From a virus (lineage: Duplodnaviria; Caudoviricetes), in the IMG/VR virus record IMGVR_UViG_3300008267_000206, positions 1 to 59,314 of that record: a stretch of 59,314 nucleotides of DNA. One strand, written 5' to 3'. The notes under the pieces were generated by a model. That model did no database searches. It was not told where the DNA came from and saw only the letters and a program-made list of their open reading frames with translations. Shown in pieces: positions 46,406 to 57,100 of the stretch. The position numbers and the translations under genes are program-made. Position 1 is the first letter of the stretch. Each line of letters opens with the position of its first letter.

Positions 46406-49400
46406 TAATTATTACAATCTATATTAAATTTTATTCCTATATTTATTTTAAAATTGATTTCTAAATCAGACACCGAACAAACTTGATTATATACTATAAC
46501 GGTATCGTCATTTGTTAAAATATAACCATAACCGTAACCATCTAAAGAGTCTAAACCATTCATTAATGCGGTTTTCCATTGTAAATCAGTTGGTGTACTT
46601 AATCCTACTAAATTTAACCCCGCTCCCGTAAAAAAAGATTCACTTACTAAGATATTGTTATCAACTCTTAAATCAACAAACCAAATACTTGATAGCGAAT
46701 TAACCGCACAATCATTAAGTTCGTAACCATTGGTCGTTAAATAATTGTTTAGAGTTATACTTAAAACGTTATCAAATGATTGGACACTAGGATTTCCAAC
46801 CCAAGGATAGACTCCACATTCTACGGACTCTACCGGACAATCTTTCGCAAATACATTTGTTTTAAATGAACAAGGTTCGCAAGGAACCGGAACTAAAGCG
46901 CAACCTCTTTGTCTTCTCCATCCAAATTTTTGTCTGTGAAAAGCCGAATTCTCGTATCTAACCCCTGTGTTCCATATTGTACTCGCAGGAACCATTTGTT
47001 CTACTAATCTTATCCAATAATCACCTATACCATTAACGTATTCGGTCATAGTTTTATAATTAAAATTATTGTTTTCAATACTCACATTTTCTTCAGATTG
47101 TAAATACCTCCAATAGATAGACTCTAATGTAGGGTATCCCATAGTTTTACCGTTTGTTGAATATTGCCTATCCCTCACATTAATCATATTTCTCCAAAAA
47201 GTTTGAGCGAATTCAAAAAATGTTTTTTGTTTTGGTTGTGGATTAATTACCGTATTGTCAATTGGCTTATATGGATATAAATTACCACTATTAAATGGTA
47301 ATGTCATTAAATTACTAAATTGTAAAGGCATTGATGTTGCCGGTGAGAAATCTAATCCTGAATTTGGTATTGGGTAATTAAATTCTCTAGACATATACCA
47401 AATATCGTATATTATCCCTTGTGATGGATTTAAAAATAAATCAACGTTTTTAACATTTAAAACTAATTTTTCATTTGCCGCGTAATATAAAGCGTCGTAA
47501 TTACCTCCAATATTTTTTCTATACCCAATTTCACTATCTGTCCAACTTTTATTATTATCAATTCTTTGATTTAAGAAAAACCCTAAGCTCATTGATGGGA
47601 ATTCCCTAAATCTATCTAAATAATCTTGACCATACTTATATGGTGATAATGATGTTTGATAATTAGTATTAGTTCCTGTGAATACACTATCGGTTAAATT
47701 TAATTCTTCCGGAGCCCTGTGTTTAGGTGTTTGTTCGAACCAACCGCTTCCTATTTGGAAAAAATAATCTTCAGTTTCGGCTGGAGCGGAAGGATAACCA
47801 TCTTCATCAATAGGGTAGTCTTCTAATCTAGCGTTTGAACTTTTAATTATGTTTTCTGTGGTAAACCCTGTATATTGAACTCCAAAAATTGTAAAAACTT
47901 CACTAGGGTTTAGGACAGGTAATTCTTGGACATACGTTCCTCCCGAAATTTTTGCGAACTGAGTCTCGAATTGTGCTAAATTTATTTTTTGATCCGCAAC
48001 ATACACATACTCATTAAACTCTACCAAAGCTTCGGGAGCGCCTATTAATTTCATTAACATTTCAATAGATTTCCTAGTCCCCTTAGATTTAAATAGATAT
48101 GCCGAATTTAATATTAAATTTCTATAAAATTGATAATTTAATTCGTCAGGTGTTTTTGGTATTGGTTCACCAGTAAATGATGATTTTTCTGAATTTTTCT
48201 GTCCAAAAACAGAACTTAAAAAATCATCAGATGATATTGGAGACATATTTGTCGACCAACCCAATGTTTGTCCTAAATTTTTAAGTAATTGTGAAGGAAT
48301 ATCATCTCTAACGTTGTAGTTAACGGAATTCATATATGCCAGAGCGTTTATGAATTTTTGAGTTTCATCAAAACTTCTACCATATATCTGTAACACTTTA
48401 TCCATTTTTTGTCCAATAGTGTCAAATTCTTTAAAAGCTCCAGTAGTTAAAAACCTTGAAATAATGTTTGTTCTGTAAGAATCGAACGATTCTGAAATTT
48501 CATTTAAACTAATTAAATAATCTTCGAATGAGTTTGATACTATATCTAAATTCCAACTTCCGTCTATAGGCCAAGTAACTCCTTGTTTTTGTATATAATA
48601 AACCCCATCTTCAGACTCTCTTGGAATATTAAAGTTAGCGGTATATAACGGATAAGATGTTCGATTAAGTAAGAAATTTTCAACCTCATCTAGTTCCTCA
48701 TTAAATACTTTATTAACTTCAAAGTCATTTGGTCTTATTATTATGTTTTCTATTACAAAAGTATTACCGGAGAAAGGATTACCTTCTATGAAAATTTTTA
48801 ACGCACCATTAGTTAATGATTGTGTTGGTATGATACTTTTAACCCTATAACCTTCACCATTAAAATATAATGAGTATTTTGCGTACTCAATGGTCATATT
48901 CCTCAAATAAGAAACCGGCATCTCTTTTAACTCCAAATTTCTTGTAGAATTTACCGTAAAATCAATTCCAAATGGATTTCTTATTCTCGAAATTTGTAAA
49001 GTAAAACTCGTTTCGTTTGTTGTTTGACTATAAACAATATCTTCAGCCGTACTACCTGTAGTATAATCTAAACCTAAAAATCTTGATTCGATTGCAGCGG
49101 GATAATTATTTATAATATTTGTTACAGATGTTGATATTCTTTTAACTAACGATCCGTAAGTCGTAAAATTAGTAACTTCAGATAAATCGAAATTTGGATA
49201 TACTTTAAAATTATTTTCCGCAATTATTTTTGATTGTTCTATATTTTGAATACCTAAACTATCTAAATTAAAAGGTTCTGAAAAAACACCTGTTATAAAA
49301 TTCCTATTTGTTTTTTCGGTTACTGATTGTGTGAATTCAAAATTACCTTGCGTAAGACCTCCACCTTGAACTAATTGTAGTCCAACTAAATTATCCGAAA

Positions 49401-49455
49401 AAGTTCCTTCACCTGAAGGTGTTTGTGGTGGACAAGTATATTTTTTAGTCGACAT
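46405..49455 (-). CDS. Baseplate wedge-like structural protein
   Basis: LLKNLGQTLGW..YLFKSKGTRKSIE motif typical of P2 gpI/T4 gp7-like wedge proteins. Confidence 0.6.
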   Translation of the reverse strand: MSTKKYTCPPQTPSGEGTFSDNLVGLQLVQGGGLTQGNFEFTQSVTEKTNRNFITGVFSEPFNLDSLGIQNIEQSKIIAENNFKVYPNFDLSEVTNFTTYGSLVKRISTSVTNIINNYPAAIESRFLGLDYTTGSTAEDIVYSQTTNETSFTLQISRIRNPFGIDFTVNSTRNLELKEMPVSYLRNMTIEYAKYSLYFNGEGYRVKSIIPTQSLTNGALKIFIEGNPFSGNTFVIENIIIRPNDFEVNKVFNEELDEVENFLLNRTSYPLYTANFNIPRESEDGVYYIQKQGVTWPIDGSWNLDIVSNSFEDYLISLNEISESFDSYRTNIISRFLTTGAFKEFDTIGQKMDKVLQIYGRSFDETQKFINALAYMNSVNYNVRDDIPSQLLKNLGQTLGWSTNMSPISSDDFLSSVFGQKNSEKSSFTGEPIPKTPDELNYQFYRNLILNSAYLFKSKGTRKSIEMLMKLIGAPEALVEFNEYVYVADQKINLAQFETQFAKISGGTYVQELPVLNPSEVFTIFGVQYTGFTTENIIKSSNARLEDYPIDEDGYPSAPAETEDYFFQIGSGWFEQTPKHRAPEELNLTDSVFTGTNTNYQTSLSPYKYGQDYLDRFREFPSMSLGFFLNQRIDNNKSWTDSEIGYRKNIGGNYDALYYAANEKLVLNVKNVDLFLNPSQGIIYDIWYMSREFNYPIPNSGLDFSPATSMPLQFSNLMTLPFNSGNLYPYKPIDNTVINPQPKQKTFFEFAQTFWRNMINVRDRQYSTNGKTMGYPTLESIYWRYLQSEENVSIENNNFNYKTMTEYVNGIGDYWIRLVEQMVPASTIWNTGVRYENSAFHRQKFGWRRQRGCALVPVPCEPCSFKTNVFAKDCPVESVECGVYPWVGNPSVQSFDNVLSITLNNYLTTNGYELNDCAVNSLSSIWFVDLRVDNNILVSESFFTGAGLNLVGLSTPTDLQWKTALMNGLDSLDGYGYGYILTNDDTVIVYNQVCSVSDLEINFKINIGIKFNIDCNN

Positions 49456-50363
49456 TATTGAGTTATATTTGTAAAGCTTTTAGTAAAATCAATATTATTA
49501 CCTCTATCTTGTCTAACCTCATAAAGTAGTTCATTGAATTGGTCTCTAATTTCGTATAGATTGTATTGTTTGTAAATATTATTACTAGAATCGTAAATAG
49601 TGTACATCCCATCCTCCATAGATTTTGTTTGATTACCATAAAGAGCGATCGCTATGGTTGAGAAGTCGTGTTCGGCCATTTCAATATCTAAAGTTATAGG
49701 ATTAAAAAATGTGTTTGTAATGATAATATCTTGGTCGGGTTGTCCTATATATGGAACCGCAATAGGTTTATTACTCGGTGCTGCTGAAGGTGTTAAAGTA
49801 CAAAATAATAATCCTGTATTACTATCACTATATCTATATCTAATAGCTTTTTGCGATGTATTTGTTAAATTTTGTATAACAGGTTCACAAAAAAATGATG
49901 ATGTTATTAATCTAAAAAAATTAGGGATTTTTGTTCCATTAGAATTTAAATATTCAATTCTAAATCCTACCAAACCTTGATTGACAAATTTATTTCTAAA
50001 TTGGGATGGCACATTATTTAAGTCGATAACTAAACCTCTAACATTTGGTAGTGCAGATAAGACACCACAATCTAGTATAGTTGTTCTTATCTCCGCCGGT
50101 CTAATTAATAATGTGTAAATCCCTATTTTATTAAAAATATCTGCAGGTAATTTTAAATTATATAAACCACCTAATAATTCTACCCCACTATTACCTCCCG
50201 TATTTTCATTATTGAAATAGGGTTTTAATACTGATGGAGCATCTAATTTAGTCAAAACAAAATTATCTGTATTATCTCTAGATGGTGTATAATTTAAAAT
50301 TATATCAACATCTTCCGGTGATACATCCGCGGGTCTTATTGTTCCATACGTGCCTACTGCCAT
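49455..50363 (-). CDS. Probable virion structural protein
   Basis: Beta-rich, heads the late operon. Confidence 0.55.
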   Translation of the reverse strand: MAVGTYGTIRPADVSPEDVDIILNYTPSRDNTDNFVLTKLDAPSVLKPYFNNENTGGNSGVELLGGLYNLKLPADIFNKIGIYTLLIRPAEIRTTILDCGVLSALPNVRGLVIDLNNVPSQFRNKFVNQGLVGFRIEYLNSNGTKIPNFFRLITSSFFCEPVIQNLTNTSQKAIRYRYSDSNTGLLFCTLTPSAAPSNKPIAVPYIGQPDQDIIITNTFFNPITLDIEMAEHDFSTIAIALYGNQTKSMEDGMYTIYDSSNNIYKQYNLYEIRDQFNELLYEVRQDRGNNIDFTKSFTNITQ

Positions 50364-50367
50364 ACTA

Positions 50368-50374
50368 ATAAATA
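50368..50374 (-). promoter_or_regulatory. TATTTAT putative late promoter
   Basis: 4 nt upstream of ATG 50363. Confidence 0.6.
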
Positions 50375-50379
50375 TTCGA

Positions 50380-51555
50380 TTACTGATTTATTATTTTAAA
50401 AAACTTATATCCATATTTTGTTAAATCCCCAACATTATCGACTTCACCTAATCTTTGTAAACTTTCAAGACCGGATAATTTACCTCTCTCTATTGAGACA
50501 TCGCTTTCTACTTGTGGTTCATCAATAACATTCAATAATAGATTATCTTTAGTTAATGCCGAACACACTAACATATCTTGAGTATAACCATAAGATAAAA
50601 CTTCAAATGTTGTAGCTCCGTTAATGTAATCTCGATATGAAATATCATTTATGGTATATGAAGTGTATGCGTTGTCCGAAGATGGTCCGTAAAAAGTTCC
50701 AATACATCCTGAAGTTCCTGTTACTTGAATTCCGATTTTAAATTTACCGGCAAATAAACTAGATTTAGGTCCGTATTGTTGTAAATCATTAACTGATGAT
50801 GTGGTGTAACCTGTTACCAAAAAAGGTACTGTTGTGTAATTACTACTAATTTGTTCATCAACGTCACAATAAGAATCACCTGTGAAAATATAATCATAAT
50901 TAATTGGTGTTGCCGACCAATTACCTCCTTGTGGATAAAAAGTTGCTGTACCATAAGGATTACTTATTGATGCTTCGGTAAAAGGGACTATCACCTCTTT
51001 TTTTACAACATTAACACCCCAAGGACTCGCTCCTGAGAATGTTATTGTGAATTTTCCATTGTATCCATAGGTATGTATATAATAATTAGGTGAAAATGTT
51101 GTTACCGTCTGAACCGGTGTTCCATCACCCCAATCTAAGGTAAAATTACTGAATTGTAGATATTTTTTATCTTTATCAATAGTATTGTAAAAATAATATG
51201 TGTTCGGATCTATGGTGGTTGATGAGAACAGGAAATTTAACATAGTGTCTTTTTGTAAGACAGCTCCGTCAAAAACACTATAATAACCTAAATCAATAGT
51301 TTCTTGAGTTAATAAAATAGGTATGGTTAATCCTGTAAATAAAGATGTCTGACCGGTTCCACCTGATAAAACTTGGGTCATAGATGAATAAACGTAAGTT
51401 GTTCCAGTGTATTTTGAAGTGGTTGTAGTTGTTACAATGTCGCAACAAGGGTCATCAATAACTTCAGGAATTATTTCTCCGTAGGTATATGTTACAGGGA
51501 ATATTGTGTTAACAACTTCGGGTGATATTTTTATATAATATTTTCTATCTTCCAT
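50380..51555 (-). CDS. Probable structural protein with PKD-like domain
   Basis: LDWGDGT..HTY..G.FTIT. Confidence 0.6.
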   Translation of the reverse strand: MEDRKYYIKISPEVVNTIFPVTYTYGEIIPEVIDDPCCDIVTTTTTSKYTGTTYVYSSMTQVLSGGTGQTSLFTGLTIPILLTQETIDLGYYSVFDGAVLQKDTMLNFLFSSTTIDPNTYYFYNTIDKDKKYLQFSNFTLDWGDGTPVQTVTTFSPNYYIHTYGYNGKFTITFSGASPWGVNVVKKEVIVPFTEASISNPYGTATFYPQGGNWSATPINYDYIFTGDSYCDVDEQISSNYTTVPFLVTGYTTSSVNDLQQYGPKSSLFAGKFKIGIQVTGTSGCIGTFYGPSSDNAYTSYTINDISYRDYINGATTFEVLSYGYTQDMLVCSALTKDNLLLNVIDEPQVESDVSIERGKLSGLESLQRLGEVDNVGDLTKYGYKFFKIINQ

Positions 51556-52385
51556 TACGGATTAACATATTCGTACCATTTTATGGGTTGTGAAGTCCCA
51601 ACCCTATTATTTGAATAATTAAAAACTTTATATGTTTTTTTTACCTTATCTAAAACTACTTTATAGTAAAAATACCTATCGGGTCTAAAATTGAATTTGT
51701 CAGATAAGGATGATTGTGGGCTATTCATCATTTTAACATACGTCCCTCTTCTAGCATCAAAAAATTTTGCGGTCATATAAAAAGTGTCTATATCTAAAAA
51801 ACCACTATCTCTCAACCAATATATAAAAAACCCCTCTTTATCTCCAATAAAGTCTAAATTAAAATAAGGTTTTTTTATATTTACCGGTGGTTTATATGGT
51901 GACAAATTCTTTGTTTCCGTATCACCTTGTTGTGTTGGTAAAATTATTGTTAGGTAATTTGATTGTTTTGCACTATCAGAACTATCATAAAAATCCAATT
52001 TAAAAAACGATTTTGTAAAAGGTTTTTCAGAAAAATAAACTTGTGACGTTGTAAAACCATTACTCACATAACTATTAAACACATAACTATTAACCCAATT
52101 AGATGGTCCTGTAGACGCCGTTACCGGTAATAATATATTATAAAAATTAAATTCATATTTTATTTTTGTTTGTATATCAGGTTTAGAACCACTGGTATAT
52201 GGATCGTGCGAATATCTACTAACCTCAAAATCTCCCGGTGAACCAACTATTTCGGTTATTACTTGGTCTTCATAAATTTCAATAATATCATCTTTACCCA
52301 AATGATCCCACTTTAATTCAATAGGTATATTTAAGGATGTATCACCACTAGGTAATACAAAATAATATTTATCATTCACAATCAT
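51555..52385 (-). CDS. Probable structural protein
   Basis: Aromatic beta-rich, coupled in operon. Confidence 0.55.
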   Translation of the reverse strand: MIVNDKYYFVLPSGDTSLNIPIELKWDHLGKDDIIEIYEDQVITEIVGSPGDFEVSRYSHDPYTSGSKPDIQTKIKYEFNFYNILLPVTASTGPSNWVNSYVFNSYVSNGFTTSQVYFSEKPFTKSFFKLDFYDSSDSAKQSNYLTIILPTQQGDTETKNLSPYKPPVNIKKPYFNLDFIGDKEGFFIYWLRDSGFLDIDTFYMTAKFFDARRGTYVKMMNSPQSSLSDKFNFRPDRYFYYKVVLDKVKKTYKVFNYSNNRVGTSQPIKWYEYVNP

Positions 52386-54111
52386 CTATGGTAGGTTCAG
52401 CAATTATGTTTAGTTCATTATAATTAGTTCCTTCCGGTATTATTCTAAAAATAATATTATCAAAAGGATAATGTTTTCCATTTAAAAATGGGTAGTTAAC
52501 CCCTATAAAATCGCTATCTATAAATCCGTATGAATACAAATCTCTCCAAATAAATTTTTGTTTTGTGGTTGAATAGTAGGAGTAATTTGGGATGTTTACT
52601 TCGGTAGTTTCTCCTTCTTCAATATATGGTGAAAATACTCTTAATGTTATGGGGTGGTGTGGTTGATAATAATATCCTAAAGGGTTCGTTGGTATAACAG
52701 AATTTATTTTAAAGTGTAGTCCGTTAAATGTAAACTTGTGAAATATCTTAGATAATACCCTTTCTTCCTGGTCATAGTCGTTCCACTCACAAAAATCCCC
52801 GTCAATTAAATCCCCATCCTTTAAAGATTTATTATATTTAAAAGGTCCTGAACCTAATGTCGTTGTATAGGTAGATGTTTGTATTCCCGTATTTGACGCT
52901 GATGATGGTGAGTTCGTTTTATCCCACCAAATATTAGGTTGTCCGTTTGCCGGATTTAATGGTAAATTAAACTCCCATCCTTGTTTTAATCCGTCAGTCC
53001 ATCCAAAATAACCAACCCAAATCGCAGTAAAAAATAATTCAGTTATTGGTCTACCCTGATTATCTAATAATTCACTAATATCTATATCGTTATTAAACGA
53101 TAAACTATAAGATTGAGACCCTTCAATTGTTGTTATTTTTTCTTTATTATCTGGAGTTAAAGACGCGCTTTCATACTTTTTTTTACTACCAAATATATTT
53201 TGTTCAAAACCGGCTTTAACTAAAATCGCATCAGACAAATTTGTTATTATTTTATGTCTTTTAACATAATATTTTGATGTGGTGTCTGTAGGGTTATCTT
53301 TTACCACTATTCTCTTAGCTGTTCCGGTAATATTACTATTGAAAGTTGTTCCTGTGTAACCAACATTTACAATATTAAAATAATATTCATCACTTCCTAA
53401 AGTTCCGTTACCTAAAGAATCTATTTCAAAAATATCGTCACCATCATAATTAATACTTAATTTAACGGCTTCACCTATCGATAGTCCGTGTTTTACGGGA
53501 CATTTAAATGAGATTACATTTATACCGCTATCATTACCTGTTTCAATAATAAATGGTATTCCTTCAGAACAAACCCAATCAATTGCAATATTATTTTGAT
53601 TTATATAATATAATTTTCTTGTAGTCGAGTTAGTAAAAGGATAACTAAGAAAAAAATTCCAATTATAGGTCGATGCACTTACATTTGAAAATGTTAAATG
53701 TTCGTCAGGTGGTTGTGTATATCCTTCAACGTTATAATCAGTTCTTATAAAGTCAAACTCGTTATATAATGGGAAACCGCTCCACGCAACACTTGGGTTT
53801 GGTGGGCAAGAATCTATAGCGGATTGTTTTGCATTTACATATGATAAATTATTTTCAAATGGAGGATAGTTAGTGAAGCCAGCGTACGAGTTCTTAAATA
53901 TTACACTAAATTTAGCCGCAGGTCTAAATATGGTAGATTCTTGTCTTTCTTTATCGAAAACATCTTGTAGACCTACCGTAAAACTTCTGTCATATTCTAT
54001 TAATAATTTTGAATTCTGAATTAACGGTAATTTATATTCCGAATCTTTTTTTGGTGCGGTTTTATACCTTAAATTAGGTAAAACTATTCTATTTTCAAAT
54101 CTGTTACCCAT
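52372..54111 (-). CDS. Probable structural protein
   Basis: Operon context; HGLSIGEAV small beta module. Confidence 0.55.
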   Translation of the reverse strand: MGNRFENRIVLPNLRYKTAPKKDSEYKLPLIQNSKLLIEYDRSFTVGLQDVFDKERQESTIFRPAAKFSVIFKNSYAGFTNYPPFENNLSYVNAKQSAIDSCPPNPSVAWSGFPLYNEFDFIRTDYNVEGYTQPPDEHLTFSNVSASTYNWNFFLSYPFTNSTTRKLYYINQNNIAIDWVCSEGIPFIIETGNDSGINVISFKCPVKHGLSIGEAVKLSINYDGDDIFEIDSLGNGTLGSDEYYFNIVNVGYTGTTFNSNITGTAKRIVVKDNPTDTTSKYYVKRHKIITNLSDAILVKAGFEQNIFGSKKKYESASLTPDNKEKITTIEGSQSYSLSFNNDIDISELLDNQGRPITELFFTAIWVGYFGWTDGLKQGWEFNLPLNPANGQPNIWWDKTNSPSSASNTGIQTSTYTTTLGSGPFKYNKSLKDGDLIDGDFCEWNDYDQEERVLSKIFHKFTFNGLHFKINSVIPTNPLGYYYQPHHPITLRVFSPYIEEGETTEVNIPNYSYYSTTKQKFIWRDLYSYGFIDSDFIGVNYPFLNGKHYPFDNIIFRIIPEGTNYNELNIIAEPTIDDCE

Positions 54112-54112
54112 T

Positions 54113-57100
54113 TTAATCTATTACATTATCACTATTTATCCATTTCCTATAAAATTTATCAAAAGAGCTTCTACCTTTTTTAAGTCCAAAATAAAAATAA
54201 TACGGAGCCCCAACCGTTATGACTCTTGAGTTCGGATAATTACCACTTTGTGAGTTTGGGTTTGGGTCTAATTGTCCTGTTGCGGGATTTCTTGAGAAGA
54301 TATAACCTTTAAAATAATCTGAAGTAGATCCTTGACCTCTAAAATATCTTGATGACGCATTTAATCTGTCTAAAGTTTGATATCGATAACTTAAAAATTC
54401 ATTACCTAATCTATCCGCATACCATTCATTATCTTGAGAACCGAAAATACTATCTCCCGATGGATTCTGTTTAATCTCCCATTGATATAGTGGAACTATT
54501 TGTGAAAAAGTCGGTATATTATTAAACGCGCATTGTTGAGTAACTCCCGCGGTAACATCAATAATTTCTCTTCTTGGCGAGATGTAATCTCTAATCTGTG
54601 TATCTGAAGAATAGAAAATACCAAATATTCCGTCACCAGAACCTCCATTACTAAAATATATCGGATCTTGTCCTGTCGGATTTGTAGGATAATTAGCTGA
54701 ATCAAATTCATTAACACCTAATTCTGAATTTATAGATATCATCTGAGTGTAATCTGCATCCACAAATTTATTATCTCTCTTATTTAAAAATGAAAGAATA
54801 TTTGCCCCGCCAATCATTTGACTTCCAATTGATGTATTTGCGAGTCTAGATAATATAAAAATATTCAATATATCCGAAACATCACCAAATGTGGTGGTAT
54901 TTAATTTATTCACTATATACCCATCATACTTATCTGAAAACACTATTTCTTGTATATAACTACTTCTAGGACCTAAATCCATAATGGTTGTTGGTGTTTT
55001 CAGGTTGTAGTTATTACCATCTTGACCCGAACTAATACCTATAAAATATTGTTGAGTTATACCTGAATAATATGGACTACTTCTATAGTAGAAATTTTTA
55101 TCAATTTGATTATAATATATTATTTTTTCACAAAAATCGCTATAAGGTTGGTTATTAGAATCGAATAGTCTCTCGTTTTTAAATGAAGGTGCGTATAACA
55201 CACCATTAATCCAATTATTTGTAAATACGTGTGAGAAAACATTTCTACAGGCCGCAAAGGTTATGTTTGTCCTCGATAGCCATTCTGTGAAAAGTTTTAT
55301 ATCATCTCTTAATGAAAGAAAAGGTCTAGTAACTAGGACATAACACCCATTATCAAAAATTTGTTTTCCTGCGATTCTTTGGCAATCTCCGTATTGAATA
55401 GAAAATTCTCCGTTCGAATAAGTATAACATTTTAAATTGGCACTATCACTACAACTATTAAGACTATTTACAACTTGACTATTTATTGCGGTTGTTGGAT
55501 CCCCATCATAAGGTCCCGGACTTGTTGATGGATTAGATGATGTTGACGAATCTCTAATATACCCTGAATCTGAAATAGGATAAAAAGTAAAATCACCATT
55601 TTGTTGTAGTAAGAATGTCGAATCACAATTATCAACTATTGTTGTAGATGCCGGTAATCTGTCTGACCTCATAACAATTTGTCTACCGCTAACCCCACCA
55701 TCAAAAGACATAGGTGTTGTAATATCATATATTGGTGAAATATATCCGGCATATACCACAGGATTTAATGGAGATGGTGGATATGGTATGGTCGCATCCA
55801 TCATCATTAATGAACCCCCTTCCACAATTTCGTTAATATAGTACCCTCTGTTTTGTGCTGGCGTAAAAACAATATCGTTAAATTCAAATTCATAATAATT
55901 ACAACTGGATGATGCAGATAATTGTTGTATAACATTCCATTCTCTAGTGAAATGATTGTTTATATTAACTCTAAGTCCATTAATACTTGTCTCCGCACCT
56001 GTTGATACTGAAACAAAGCAAGAGCAAGATGGTGTGTATAGAGAACTATTATTATCTAAATTAGAATAATATTTTGGTAATACACTATCAAAAGGTAAGA
56101 AAGTCGATGGTTGGTAATTAAATGAATCGTAATATAAATTCATATTTGAATAAGTGTCCACATCTGAATTAATTACAACATCGTGACTTACGTTTTTAAA
56201 ACCACCGTTAATTGGTATATTTAATTTAAAATTACCTCTAAACTTTTTAACACCAAAATTTGAATATCCAAATATTTTACTTAAATCATACTCAATATCA
56301 ACTCTCGATGAGTATGGGTCAACGCCTCTAACTAAAAATAACACAATTTGTTGCTGATAATCAAGATATGAAGTCATTGGGTTATCACTAACATCCGTAA
56401 CACAATTATTATCAGGAGGATTAGAATCCAAACTAATTCTATTAATCCTCATATTATTATTAAAGTATCGTTCATTTAAAGAATTATCTAAAGATATTCC
56501 GCATTGTGAACTAAAATTAGCGTAAGTCATTGCTGTAATGACTTGGAAATATTCGATATCTGACGGATACTTGTTGTAATTCATATCCGAAGGATTTGGT
56601 TGTGGTATTTGATATGTTACGGACCCCGATATTCCGTTAGGTTTTACGTAATTTAAAGTTATATTAGTATTATTTAAACAAGTACCCACAACCGCATTAT
56701 TATTAAAACTATTTGTGGTTGACCCTGTCAAGTTCTTATCAATACTTAAATCCGGATTTTGGAATGTCATAATCATTCCCGCGTCTATATAATCAATACT
56801 ATATTTGTTTAATAAAACAACAACTATATTATCTGTATGGTAATCATTTGGGTCGGGATTTAAGTTTGGTTCAATTCTAACTTTTATTTGATTAACTCCA
56901 CCACCAGGATTTGTTGGTAAGTTGTCAAAATATTTCGCCTTCGTATTAAATAAATTAACTCTTTCGGGTAATGTTAAACTACTACTAAAATAGTTATATT
57001 GGTCAAAAGAAATATCCCCTTGATATAAATAGGGTATTTTTGTTAAACAACTAGGTGGGGATGTTAAATTATACCCACCAATTAATTTATTTGTATTAAC

